This document shows positions 1 through 13,599 of a DNA stretch of 64,000 nucleotides, piece by piece. The notes beneath the pieces were generated by a model. The model did not search any database. It saw nothing but the letters and a program-made list of their open reading frames with translations, and was not told where the DNA came from. Each line of letters begins with the position of its first letter. The stretch's first letter is position 1. This DNA is from Octopus sinensis (Eukaryota), in assembly GCF_006345805.1 (NCBI RefSeq), contig NC_043006.1, positions 76,384,001 to 76,448,000 on the forward strand. Reading direction: 5' to 3'. The position numbers were made by a program, and so were the translations under genes.

Positions 1-720
<720 letters not shown>

Positions 721-1544
721 CAGAGAAAGTGACTGAGAAAAATTATAAAGAGGGAAGGAGATGGTAATGTAAAATATGTGGTTATTGTTCCCTTAATTAT
801 ACTATCTTCTAAGGCATTGGGAATAAATTCATGTTAACATGTCACTTCCCGTAATGGATTTAATATTTAATACTCGTTAAATGTATTCGTGGATGAGGTG
901 ATAAGAATATATTTCGTACAGCATCTTCATACGGAAACAACTTTCAAGTATTCGCTTAATACAACTGATTGCTGATATACAAATATGTGGCAATGAATAA
1001 TAGATTTAGATGGATATATAACGTATGTACATCACTTGTGTAGTTATATGCATGTATATCTGTTTGTCTATCTCTTTGTGTATCTGTATGCCTTTCAACC
1101 GATCTACCGATAAATGAAACCACATGTGTGTGTCTGAGAGTGTGTATCCGTGTGGATGTAATCTGCTCACCTATCGACTTCAAAGAACGAGTGAGAGAGA
1201 GGGTGGGAGAAAGGTGGAAGACAACGGGAAAAAGGATAACTGAAAATGTGCAAAACTAAGCAAGTCATTATTTATCTTTATATTCTGTCAGACATTACAA
1301 TATTATCCTGTTGATCACCACAGATTTCAAAATATGTTACGAAGGCGTTAAAAAAACGACATCATATTTCAAGCAGATGTGGGGGACAAACAGAAACAAA
1401 TACATAAAAAGCACCAGCACTCATACACATAAACACACACCCACACGCACGCACGCACACACACATGCACACACTCTCCCGCATATATATACACATATAT
1501 ACCTATGAAAATTTGTGTGTACGTATCTATCAATCTCTCTTTCC

Positions 1545-1587
<43 letters not shown>

Positions 1588-1630
1588 TAGATAGATATAT
1601 ATATGGGTGTGTGTGATTGTGTATAGAAGA

Positions 1631-1663
<33 letters not shown>

Positions 1664-1690
1664 CGTGTGTGTTTTGTGTGTATACATATG

Positions 1691-1732
<42 letters not shown>

Positions 1733-1734
<2 letters not shown>

Positions 1735-1897
1735 GCTTCTTTCACCTTCCATCTACCAAATCCACTCACTACGTTCTGACTAGCTCAGGGTCATAGTAGA
1801 AGATAACTGCCTAAGTTTCCCCGCAACGCAGTGGTACCCAATCCAGAACTATAAAGTCGGGAAGCATACTTCTTACCTCAAAGCCGTACTTGCGCCA
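1733..1897 (-). mobile_element. Degenerate 5' part of tRNA-derived SINE family A
   Basis: Matches the 4089-4495 and 16513-16932 copies (ctaccaaatccactcac, atagtagaaga...tgcc.aag). Confidence 0.7.
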
Positions 1898-2639
1898 CAG
1901 TAGACAATAAAAGAAAAGAAAGGAATAAATGACAAAATAATGTTCAGATCAGAGAAATAAATCACATACACTTCGTAGCTGTTATCGCGTAGTCGATGTT
2001 GTTCAACGGCTGATGTGTTAGTTTTATTTTACGTCAGGAAGTATACGATGCTGAGATGGTTCGTGTTAGGGTTGCTTCTGACGATAATGTTGATATCAGT
2101 TTGGAAGTGCCTGTGAAGATTATGAATGTAGCCCCTTTCTTCAGAATCAATACATTTGCCGAAAATAGTAATTTTATTGGGAAGTAGAAGCAATAATATG
2201 GTTTCTGTGTATTGCAAGCTGGATGCGAAAGGGATTTCTGTAATGTCTATAAAATAGTGTAACGGTTAGATATACATTCGAATGTGTTACTTCTTTGTAA
2301 CATTTTCAAGACTTTTTCTCGAATTTTTAGCCATATTTTGTTAGTAGTTCTTCCTCATTAAATCCTGGAATTCTTTGGAACTTTATCGTGTAAATACTCC
2401 TTAGTTATTCTCAAGTTAAAATACACACGTCACAGTTATTACATCCATATTAGCTAACGCCAAAGCATTCAACCGATTACGCACATGATTATCCTTTCTT
2501 TTACATCGAAAATATGTATGTATGTGTATGTGTATGTGACTCTGTATGTGAATGTATGTATGTGTGTATCTGTGTGGCTGCTTAATTACGCTTATTTATG
2601 CATATAAAACTTAATTTTTGCAACACCACACTCTATAAT

Positions 2640-3060
2640 TCTGCAAAAGTTTGATTTTATTGTCTGTAACAAGATACCATACATCGGAAATCCACATTAA
2701 ATAATTATTAATTGCCTATTTGTGAACTACGATATTTGTCTTCGCAACAGTGTAATTTCCTCAGGAAAGGGTCAACATTACAATAAAGTTCAATTTAGAT
2801 TATTTTAAGCACTCATTTCTGCATGTGATATCGCCTATGTATGCGTCTACGGACGCTTTAACCGAAAGTGTATGTGAGAATCCACAGAAAAATAATAACC
2901 TCATTAATTATTACATTTAACAAGACAAATAGAGTTATAAAAGGTCCCAAATATTTATAAATCATGATTTATCGATTCATCCACCTAAAGAGGGTTCCGT
3001 AGATCATCGATTACAACTAGCAAATTTTAGTTGCAGACTATTTCCGGAAATTAATTAATT
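2640..3060 (+). mobile_element. Possible highly decayed PLE C-terminal (GIY-YIG) remnant
   Basis: Hand-translated fragments KIPYIGNP (~2671) and SACDIAYV (~2818) resemble the PLE LPYIG and CxxCxxxYVG motifs; many stops. Confidence 0.25.
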
Positions 3061-4088
3061 TTACAAATATTTTTGAAATCTTGAATCTAATTAGTTAATG
3101 TCTGCATTTTGTGCTTTTAATGTTTTGAGCTTGTACTGTGTATATTACTATGTTGACATATCAATGCGATGACTTTTAAGAACAATTAATATTATGCAAA
3201 TATCAACGCCGGAAAGCGAACTTTGAAAACAAAAGAGCGATAAAAACACCTGCTAACCGTTGAGCTTTACTGATTTATATTACATTATCACTAGGAAATT
3301 TTGGAATCGTGGTAGTTGTCTAATTACATTAATTAAGTAGTTAATTACCGTATTATTCGGAATTCGATTGCTAATTACCATCTTAATTGAAATATATTCG
3401 AACATATCGTTAACAGATTATTGGTGAGTAATCACTTTGTCTCTGAGTGTGCATGTTGTTATTATGTTTAATGTAGTGTAGTAGCATTTCTGTAATGCTG
3501 TTCCGTACGTTTTCAAATAATATTAAGGAATGGTTGCTGCAGCAGCTGGAGAAAAATACGGCAAACATGTTCGAGTGGGCGTATAATCAAAATGTTCCTT
3601 TCAGCTACAGTCTCTTTATATACTATAGACGACGTTATTGAAAGTGAAAGTACGTAGACAAGTGGGCCGTGGGTTCGAATCTTGGACCAGGAAATACCAT
3701 GCATTCTTAAGCATGAGAATAAGCATGCCTGGCACTTGATGGTTAACTCTTAAACAGAATGGCATTTAATTTAAAAGGGACTCTTGTAATCTCAGTCATG
3801 AGAGTCCGGAATATCGCAGCCAAATGAGACTGTGTTCACTGGGCTGTTTTCAGAGAGGAAAAGAGTGAGAGAGAGAGAGAGAGAGTTAGAGAGGAAGAGA
3901 GAGAAAGTGTGAGTGAGAGAGAGAGAAAGGAAAAGTGAGAGAGCGTTTATGCAACGTGTCGTTTCATTTTACTAAAACATAAGTGCTATTTCTATCACCG
4001 TAGTGCAACTCAATGCCTGAAAATTATCAATAATACTTAAATACAGAGCATCCTGAATGATTTCTGGAAAAATAGTTTAAGGTGTATT

Positions 4089-4495
4089 CTTTTTTTATTT
4101 ACTTTTTTACTTGTTTCAGTCATTTGACTGCGGCCATGCTGGAGCACCGCCTTTTTAATCGAGCAACTCAACCCTGGGACTTATTCTTTTGTAAGCCCAG
4201 TACCTATTCTATCGGTCTCTTTTGCCGAACCGCTAAGTAACGGGGACATAAACACACCAGCATCGGTTGTCAAGCAATGCTAGGGGGACAAACACAGACA
4301 CACAAACACACACACGCATATATATATACGACGGGCTTCTTTCTGCTTCCGTCTACCAAATCCACTCACAAGGCATTGGTCGGCCAGAGGCTATAGTAGA
4401 AGACACTTGCCCAAGGTGCCACACAGTAGTAGGACTGAACCCGGAACCATGTGGTTTGTAAACAAACTACTTACCACACAGCCACTCCTGCGCCT
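4089..4495 (-). mobile_element. Full-length tRNA-derived SINE family A (octopus OK/OR-like)
   Basis: Reverse complement starts AGGCGCAGGAGTGGCTGTGTGGTAAG (A box) with GGTTCAGTCC (B box), has an internal (TG)n tract and an A-rich tail; highly similar to 16513-16932. Confidence 0.92.
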
Positions 4496-5140
4496 AGAGG
4501 CGTAGAGGTTTTCTCTTAACGAGTTCCATTGTGGGAGTTAAGTAATAATATTTTTCTGTATATTGAGTTCTACTTAAGTGAGGGCTACAAGGCAGCTCAA
4601 ATGAATAACATATTTCTTTTTGATTGCGTTCCAAAGACCTCGTGTTTTCATGAGAGAGGAGAGGAGAGGAAAATCAAGATTTACAATATTTACATCTTGC
4701 CATCATAAATTACTTTCGTTCTAAACTGCAAACAGAGAAAACGGCAGAACCTGTGACTTAAGACAACATATGACAAGAGATCAAGGTCAGTCCATGTCTT
4801 CAGTCCTTCACATGTGCAGTCATTGGACTCCACAGATGCTAAGGTACAAACATGTTTAGTCAAAAACTTCGATATGTTTTTGTTTGGTCCTTATTGTATG
4901 AAACAGTTAAAGTGGCAACAAGTCTGTATCCCTGTCGCAGTAACGCGACGCAAATTTTTATAATCCATGAAAGAGAGGAAAGGTAATTTTAATAGAACCT
5001 CTGCATTTTAATGTCTAAAATGAATCTTACACCATGTAATCACCTTAGTTTTAAAATACAGTCTCAGGTAAAATCGCTTCCTACACAGGTAGGAGAGCGG
5101 GACCTAGCATTTTCAGTGTGTGTGTATATATATATATATT

Positions 5141-5531
5141 TGTGGAGGTGCAATGGCCCAGTGGTTAGGACAGCGGACTCGCGGTCATAGGATCGCGGTT
5201 TCGATTCCCAGACCGGGCGTTGTGAGTGTATATTGAGCGAAAACACCTAAAGCTCCACGAGGCTCCGGCAGGGGATGGTGGTGATCCCTGCTGTACTCTT
5301 TCACCACAACTTTCTCTCACTCTTACTTCCTGTTTCTGTTGTACCTTGTATTTCAAAGGGCCGGCCTTGTCACTCTCTGTGTCACGCTGAATATCCCCGA
5401 GAACTACGTTAAGGGTACACGTGTCTGTGGAGTGCTCAGCCACTTACACGTTAATTTCACGAGCAGGCTGTTCCGTTGACTCGGATCAACCGGAACCCTC
5501 GTCGTCGTAACCGACAGAGTGCTTCCATCCC

Positions 5532-5532
<1 letters not shown>
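5141..5532 (+). mobile_element. Full-length tRNA(Arg)-like SINE family C
   Basis: A box TGGCCCAGTGG, B box GTTTCGATTCC; body repeated at 14208-14425, 47561-47685 (-) and 63415-63735. Confidence 0.9.
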
Positions 5533-5615
<83 letters not shown>

Positions 5616-7331
5616 TTATTTATATTAAATTAAACTAATGCATTAGACTACCTTTCAGGAAACACTTGTCATAAGTTAGAACCGAAATTATAAATTCAAG
5701 GAAGCTGCGTTTCTCTCTACGCTATTTATACCGGGAAAGTAAATATTCCATTTAGGCTTCTGATAACCATTTTAAGAGTTAGATGCAAACACCTTAATAT
5801 TGGTATGTTAGATAATTTTATGTACTGATCAATATCTTAGATCTATACGGGTACATTATATAAACCGTGTTTCCCTTTCATCCTCTTATTTGTCTTCTGA
5901 ATTGAATAAACTATTTCTAAGATTATGTATCACACCAGCACTATTGAGATTTGTTGATAACATATATACACTTTAGAAGTTATATTGAGAACCCGATCTA
6001 GTCTGGTATTTGATTCCACTTTTAGTGAATTAATATTGTATTTCTAAATATGTGTGTGTGTTCGTGTTTGAGTCTGTGTTTGTGTGTGCGTGTGCGCACA
6101 TACGTCTGTATGTGTGTGGTTGAGCGTATATATTATTTAGACTTAAACACTTATCTTTAAAAATGTATTCATGATTTTGCTCTGAAGTTGGAAAGAATTT
6201 CATAGATTTACGCCATTCGTATCTTACTTTCCATTCAGACTGAAACTGAGCTGTGCTGCGATGCATATATTCTCATTTCATCTTATAGGAGACAAGTGAA
6301 AATATTATTTTCTGGGGAAGAGCTTTTCTGTTAATAAGTTCAATTGTGAAAATTAAGTGATATCCTTGCTTGTACATTAAGTTCTATGAAAGTGATTTCT
6401 CCAAAGCAGTTCAAAATATTATTTCAGTAGATGATGAAATATTAATATAAGATTGTGCCACAATTTCCACAGCATCGACGGAACCCCATGCAATTAGTGG
6501 AACATAGATATAGTATAAGATATTCATGATACCATTCTAAAATTATGTATACTAGCAAATCTACCTATCTAAGATGGCGGCATGAAATGAGGGAGAGAAG
6601 TCATAACAGCAGTATGTATTTTGGAACTTAATAGATTACTGGGTGATGTCTTACAGAACTCACATTCTTGTTGGTGAAACAGCATTCAATTGCAGCTATA
6701 TCACATGTTTTTGCGACTAAGTGACATGTGATGACTATTCATTCCCGAACTGAAATAGGCTCCCAGCCTCTGTATCATGAATGGTTATGTGGACCACTCC
6801 TAAAGAAAGCCAGAGCTTCCTTCCAGCACTACATAAAAAGTATTAAAATTTTTTTTATTTAGATATACATTTATTTTAGTTCTTTACAGTAATATAGTTG
6901 TTTACTGTATTCTGAATATATCGTTTTTAATATTTGCGTGGGTATTATTATTCTAAGGCCCTTGTAATAGAGTCATTTGTGTGGACGCTTTCAAAAGGGG
7001 TTTATATTTTGTGATAAAGTATCACTCTTCACTAATGCGCTCACTACAGGTTGCATCGTCCCTGCATTGATAGAGGGGAAACATTCTGAACCTGGGTTGT
7101 TTGTTATTGGGGCAAATGTCGAGGTGTTGGCTGAATACTATATTTCTGCATTTCCGAATTTTGATCTGGGATCTATGCGGAGCCTGAAAAAGCCGCAGAC
7201 ACACGCACACACACACGAAGCGGTTTCTTGAAACATAGCTCTGACTCGTACGGCTCTGGTTTACTCACACGAATCAGTAGGGAAAGCATCAAACTGATAT
7301 CTGTGTTACAATTCAAACATATATAGCTACT

Positions 7332-7936
7332 TTATAATTTTATTGCACTCAGGGCGCTAAGCATACAGGGGAGAAACAAGTACAGACAAAGGAATTAAGT
7401 CGATTACATCGACCCCAGTGTGTAACTAGTACTTAATTTATCGACCCCTGAAACGATGAAAGGCAAACTCGATCTCGGCGGAATTTGAACTCAGAACGTA
7501 GCGGCAGACGAAATACCTGTTTCTTTACTGCCCACAAGGGGCTAAACACAGAAGAGACAAACAAGTAGAGACAAACGGATTAAGTCGATTATATCGACCC
7601 CAGTGCGTAACTGGTACTTATTTAATCGACCCCCAAAAGGATGAAAGGCAAGGTTGACCTCGGCTGAATTTCAACTCAGAACGTTAGCGGCAGACGAAAT
7701 ACCTATTTCTTTACTACCCACAAGGGGCTAAACACAGAGAGGACAAACAAGGACAATCAAAGGGATTAAGCCGATTACATCGACTTCAGTGCGTAACTGG
7801 TACTTAATTTATGGACCCCGAAAGAATGAAAGGCAAAGTCGACCTCGGCGGAATTTGAACTCAGAACTTAACGGCGGATGAAATACGGCTACGCCTTTCA
7901 CCCGGCGTGCTAACGTTTCTGCCAGCTCGCCGCCTT
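7332..7936 (-). mobile_element. Trimeric Nin/Deu-domain SINE (family B) within one 15-bp TSD
   Basis: Three ~185-bp units containing GCCTTTCATC-TTTC-GGGGTCGATAAA-TAAGTAC; only the 7936 end has the tRNA-like head; TSD ACATATA(T/C)AGCTACT at 7317-7331 and 7937-7951. Confidence 0.9.
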
Positions 7937-8614
7937 ACATATACAGCTACTAATGAACTATGCACTCTGCTGAGGTAGCCGAGGAGTTATTTTGGCTTAT
8001 TCGGTGTATTATAAGTACCTAAAACAACTAGCGATATCGTGATACATGCTACCAAGCTATATTAGCCTAGCAAGTGACAGCTGGCTTTATGTAAAAGTTA
8101 TCAGCTATACATGCATAATAAAACTTTAGATATCTATATTCGCGGCTACATTCGAAAATAACTTGAGAAGAACATGTCTTTAAATAGCCGCGTATAGCAG
8201 CATATAAACTGGATAAATAAATATCTAGTTTAAATTATAATAAAGCATATTTTGTATTTATTCCAAGTTAGACATAACAGGCAAGTTTGCAATTTGTGTA
8301 TCTACGATAATTATATTATTCAAAAGTATTACATTGTTTATGTCGATTTATTTTAATTATAGATCTAACACAATGCCAGTTATTAAAATTTTATTTTTTA
8401 GGACAGTAGTTGCAGAAATGCTTTGATATAATTTCATATAATTGTATTATCAAGGAAACTTAAAAGCATATATATTCAAATACATATTAGAAGTCTGGCT
8501 TTTAATATGATGTTTCCATGCTCACTATTGTTTAATAACCACAGAGAAATGTGTGCGTTTACATATATACATATATATATAAATATATATATATATATAA
8601 ATACATACACACAA

Positions 8615-8662
<48 letters not shown>

Positions 8663-8666
<4 letters not shown>

Positions 8667-9249
8667 GAGTTACGGAATGGAGTAGGTAAGAACCGGCGGG
8701 CTACATATGTTTCATAGCAGGCGGAATCTCAGAAGTGGTAAAAATACAGGCCAGAAGTATACCTATTTCTTTATTACCCACAAGGGGCTAAACATAGAGG
8801 GGACAAACATAGGTATTAAGTCGATTACATCGACCCCAGTGCGTAACTGATACTTAATTTATCGACCCCGAAAGGATGAAAGGCAAAGTCGACCTCGGCG
8901 GAATTTGAACTCACAACGTTACGGCAGCCGAACTACCGCTAAGCATTTAGCCCGACGTGCTAACGATTCTGCCAGCTCGCCGGCTAGAAGTATACCACCG
9001 GCTACTCACCAGGCCCAGTATGCTTTGGTTAAATTAAATATTACATTGCAGCAAGGATGTGCATGTTGAGGCGCGGAAGACTCAAGCAAACACTTGCGAC
9101 AATATAACATTTATTTTAACCAAAACATACTGAGCTTAAATAGTAGCCGGCGCTAAACACCGCGTTTGGATTTTTACCACATCTGAGGTTCCACCCGCTA
9201 TGAAACATATGTAGCCCAGATATTACCTACTCCATTCCGTAACTCGTGT
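8663..9249. mobile_element. MITE / non-autonomous DNA transposon with ~85-bp TIRs
   Basis: GAGTTACGGAATGGAGTAGGTAA...GCTACATATGTTTCATAGC...GTGGTAAAAAT at 8667-8745 is inverted at 9167-9245. Confidence 0.8.
8764..8981 (-). mobile_element. Nin/Deu-domain SINE family B nested in the MITE
   Basis: Family B sequence; TSD GGC(C/T)AGAAGTATACC at 8749-8763 and 8982-8996. Confidence 0.92.
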
Positions 9250-9455
9250 CTACTTATTCGCACACCCGGCAAACAAGGTCGCAGACTGTGGAATATAAAA
9301 CCAACATTTTTCTCAAATAAGCGTTCTTCGATAAGAATAAGATCCACAAACCTGTCTCGATAAACCACTATTGTCCCTGAAAGTTGTTTTTTATATTTAC
9401 TAGCGACTGCATGAAGCTGACTTTCTTCCTATTCCTCGATACCTGGATCTTACAG

Positions 9456-9501
<46 letters not shown>

Positions 9502-9503
<2 letters not shown>

Positions 9504-9683
9504 CGGGAAGCTTTATGAAAATAAACAAAAGACGAAGGCAGGTGGAAAACAAACGAACAATTGTATTAGTATGGCGCTCAGGAAATATAAATATAACAAG
9601 TCTTTAACGTTTCGAGCCTACGCTCTTCAACAGAAAGATACACAGAGAGAGAAAAACACAGAAAGAAGGAGAGAAAAAAAAAA
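9502..9683 (-). mobile_element. PLE 3'-end fragment between (AT)n tracts
   Basis: Similar to the 3' end of the 11900-12830 PLE and to 57350-57550; contains a hammerhead-like motif. Confidence 0.65.
9601..9638 (-). ncRNA. Minimal type I hammerhead-like motif with variant core CUGUUGA
   Basis: Minus strand reads TCTTT-CTGTTGA-A-GAGC(GTAG)GCTC-GAAA-CG-TT-AAAGA: 5-bp stem I, 4-bp stem II, palindromic ACGT stem III; A6 replaced by U. Confidence 0.6.
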
Positions 9684-9691
9684 TATATGTA

Positions 9692-9763
<72 letters not shown>

Positions 9764-9831
9764 TGTATATAAAACATTATTGGTGAATTGAAGAAATGGA
9801 GCTGAACGCAGACTGAACAGAAATCGTTTTA

Positions 9832-9920
9832 TTTCATTCTACACGTGTTTCGAAAGGCACAAATTACCAAAATCCGATTGAATAATGGGACCATATTGTG
9901 TCTTTCTCTTCAGGAAGAAA
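9832..9920 (-). ncRNA. Type I hammerhead ribozyme
   Basis: Minus strand: TTTCTTC-CTGAAGA-GAAAGACACAA...TTGTGCCTTTC-GAAA-CACGTG-TA-GAATGAAA; canonical core, 11-bp stem II with 1 mismatch, palindromic stem III, GUA cleavage triplet. Confidence 0.8.
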
Positions 9921-10515
9921 AAAGGAAATCTGTTGGAAAAACAAAAACAGAACAGAGGCGGAGTAAACACAAATCGAAGTATGCTCCTAAGAGCCCATGG
10001 CGAAACTGTTTATCAGTGTATGTTGAGAACCGGTGGCTGAAGAATTCAACAGGTCAGGCATCGGTCAATCATGTGGGTGAGGGTGTATAGATGTTCTTTG
10101 TGACCGAGAATAAAGTTCTGACTATTTAAGGAATATTGGATGTTTATAAGGGGCGAGAAAAAATCTACTTAGAGACGTGTGTGTGTGTATACTGTTCTAT
10201 ATATGTGTGTGTGGCGTAGGGGTGGAAAACATTTTTTGTGTACGTGTGTGCGTTTGATCGTTCGGCTGTCAGTGGCTACTGCCGTGAGAACCGTTGGGTG
10301 GCAGAAAGAAAAAAAAATATATATATATATTATGTTTTTTGTGTGTGTGTGTTCATCTAAGCCTGCCTTGTCAAGGAAACCCCCCGCTGTGAAAAAACCA
10401 AGCCCCGTTTGTCTTACAGGAGTAATTCCCCTTGCAGTGGTTAATCGTAGATATCTTAAAGGCTATTTCAGAATTTGTTACCAAGGGCTATGGGTGCCGG
10501 TATTATTTATAAACG

Positions 10516-10870
10516 CTATTTAAAAGCCAGATAAGTGTAACGCCGCCAATGGGGGCATCGAAAAGCCGACTGTAAAAGCCCGTTTACCATCCGGCCTCTG
10601 GCAAACAAAATATGGAAGAGTTCGGAGACACAAAGGTTGCACTGTCTTCTGCCCCTATCAAATGGGAGGGCCACCGACAAAATTGACCATTCCAGCCTAT
10701 AGCTTAAGTTCGTATCCTTCAGTCGCCATATTAGCTTACTGAGTCCCGTGGTCTGGCGCTTGTTCATGTCCCGAAAAGTTGCGTAATGGTTGGAGACACG
10801 CAAAGACAATCTTGAGGATGATGCCCCTACATAAGTGAAGACATCTGAGTCCGTGTAAACCTTGCATATA
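10516..10870 (-). pseudogene. PLE GIY-YIG endonuclease domain fragment (frame still open)
   Basis: [35 protein letters not shown]...[11 protein letters not shown]...WSIL...CNLCVSELFHI...CPH, a typical PLE GIY-YIG C-terminal domain. Confidence 0.85.
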
Positions 10871-10874
10871 TATG

Positions 10875-10963
<89 letters not shown>

Positions 10964-11044
10964 ATATATATATATGTATATATATAGTATATCTATATGT
11001 ATGTACATATATATATACATCTGAGTCCGTGTAAACCTTGCATA

Positions 11045-11131
<87 letters not shown>

Positions 11132-11206
11132 ATATATATATGTATATATATATATGTATATATATATGTATGTATATATATATATGTATATATATATATG
11201 TATATA

Positions 11207-11257
<51 letters not shown>

Positions 11258-11459
11258 GTATATATATATATGTATATATATGTATATATATATATATGTA
11301 TATATTATGTGAAATAGAAAGATGAATAATCTTGTAGTAGATTAATCAAAAGTTTAACCGATACGCCTTTCGAAACACGTGTAGAATGAAATAAAACGAT
11401 TTCTGTTCAGTCTGCGTTCAGCTCCATTTCTTCAATTCACCAATAATGTTTTATATATG

Positions 11460-11526
<67 letters not shown>

Positions 11527-11806
11527 TTAATTTCTTTTACAAAACGATTTTATAGGAGTGTACAATAGCAGTACTACGCGTAGTTTAAATAATGAAATTG
11601 ACTAACCTGGAAAAACATAAAATATTTTGTATTTTCTGCATAGTATTCAGAGTAACCTTCATAATTTTATTGAATTAGGTGCAAATTTTTGCCATAAAAG
11701 GAAAACGTTGTCACCTTGGCGGCACGTAGCTGATACATACATACATACATACATATATACGTACACATCTGTCTTTCCTTCTCTCCCTCTGTAATATATA
11801 TATATT

Positions 11807-11844
<38 letters not shown>

Positions 11845-11899
11845 GTCTCTATGTATTATTTATGTATGCATGTATCAGGGACGTGTCACCTAGGTAGAT

Positions 11900-12830
11900 A
11901 TATATATATATAGTTGAAATTTATAGAAAAACGAAAAACGAACACAGGTGTATGAACAACAAGCATATGTACTAGTGAGACGTTCGGGAACGTGAAAGAC
12001 TCTTTTGCGTTTCAGGTGGATGTGGTGGGATGTGTGTGGGTGTGGTGGGAGTGGTGTATGTGGAAATGGGGGTGCTATCAATGAAGAGAAAAAGTGGGTA
12101 TGAGTGAAGAGAAGAAATAGGTGTCGGAGGAAGAGAGGAGAGGAAGGTGTTAGCTGAAGAAAGGAGGGCTGCTGAACCCACGTGGCGCAAGAAAGCAAAG
12201 AGAGAAGATTAAATCGTGTTCACTGCGAAGGCGAGAGTCCTGATGGCTCCTGTGCAAAGACAGTCCGAACACAGACAGGTGTTGTAGTGAATGACCGGTA
12301 GAGCGGAGTGTCACTCCCGAGTCTGATGTCTCAGATGCGCTTTGCGAACCGGACAACCAAATGGCGTTTCGTTTGACAGATGTACAAGTGCAGGTAGAAG
12401 TGCAGGTAGAAGTGCAGGTAAGGTAGTCGGTGATATGATAGAGGCGATGATAAGTGCCAGTTAGGATAGTTGTGTTGGAGAGGTAGGGGCAAGTAGAGCA
12501 ACGGAGCGAGAGCATGGGAACGAGCCAGACTGGAAGGTGGTGCTAGGGAAGAAATTGTGGACCAGGAGGTCACACACCTTGTGGGCTCATTTGATGGAGG
12601 GAAAATGTAGGTTGCGGAAAATGTGCGAGGCGCAGATACTCGGACCGGAGTCGCCGGAAGGCTCAGAGAATGGTGCGTTGGAAGAGCAGGGTGGCGGGGT
12701 AGTAGGTGAAGGGAAACGAGGAGAGAGGGCAAAGTCACGGTGCACAACACGTGCCGTGGTAAGGATGAAGTGGCGAACTATGAGTTGAAACTGAGTTTCA
12801 AAATGATGGTTGTCCCTGCAGAGCCTGTAT
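11900..12830 (-). mobile_element. Decayed Neptune-type PLE (RT C-terminal region, Cys linker, GIY-YIG, 3' end)
   Basis: Frameshifted peptides DLLVHN..SGSFPCSRS / RCSTCPYLSNTTILTG..ITDYLTCTS / YICQTKRHLVVRF / TGHSLQHLSVFGL..SEHDLIFSL..LAPRG; includes a 12-bp (TCTS) tandem expansion. Confidence 0.8.
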
Positions 12831-13074
12831 ATAAGTAAAAACATATATATTTATATAAATATACACATAATAATTTTATACATATATACATAATACATAC
12901 GCGCACAAACACTGACGCACGCACACACACGCATGCGTACACGCACATAAAATGTATACATATATACATACAGATGTACATACTAACATGCATATAATAT
13001 ATATATATAAGGAAAGCGAAATAGAAGTATGTATATTTGAGATTGTTTTATAATGCTTATATATACACACACAT

Positions 13075-13106
<32 letters not shown>

Positions 13107-13599
13107 ATATACCCATATGTGGATATGTATAGCTGTATTTGTTTGTATATGTAAATAAATATATATATGTGAGTGCGTATGTGTGTTTATATATATGTAC
13201 GTGTGTTATGTTGGTATCTATCTATCTATCTATATATCTATACATGGTGGATTTGTGTCTCCAACGGTTTATTCAGCTTTGATGTTTAAGTTGGAATGGC
13301 ATTCGTAATGATTTTGTGGTCACACTTCTCGTAGACGATAGCTAAAACCAGATCAAAATTCCTGATCCTCTCTTAGAACACATACCTCAGATCATTCTGA
13401 TTATTCTCCCATTTGTAATTGAAGATCAGCCATACTCATCCAACCTGTATGTGCCCACTATCAAGCTGGTTGTTAATGAGGGCATTAAGAGTTCTTCTGT
13501 CGAGTATTTAGATGACATGACTAAACAGGATAGCTTTCCTTACATGAAAAATGACTCAATTCCTCCAATTTTTTCACTCAACAAAGAGGTTCAAGATAT

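Larger units (their letters stand above)
9770..11452 (-). mobile_element. 5'-truncated Penelope-like element with inverted pseudo-LTR
   Basis: GIY-YIG coding remnant at 10516-10870, 3' UTR with a hammerhead, and 9770-9858 repeated in inverted orientation at 11365-11452. Confidence 0.85.

Noticed and set aside
2038-2187. Cadherin-like peptide EVYDAEMVRVRVASDDNVDISLEVPVKIMNVAPFF after an AG
   Set aside because: It lacks the DxNDNxPxF and DRE motifs, is short, and has no partner exons.
5141-5220. tRNA genes at SINE heads (also 52233, 54570-54643, 44623-44698)
   Set aside because: Acceptor stems are incomplete and each continues into a repeated element body; these are tRNA-derived heads.
6977-7231. 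84-aa non-repetitive ORF
   Set aside because: No recognisable domain or clear splice signals; the length is expected by chance.
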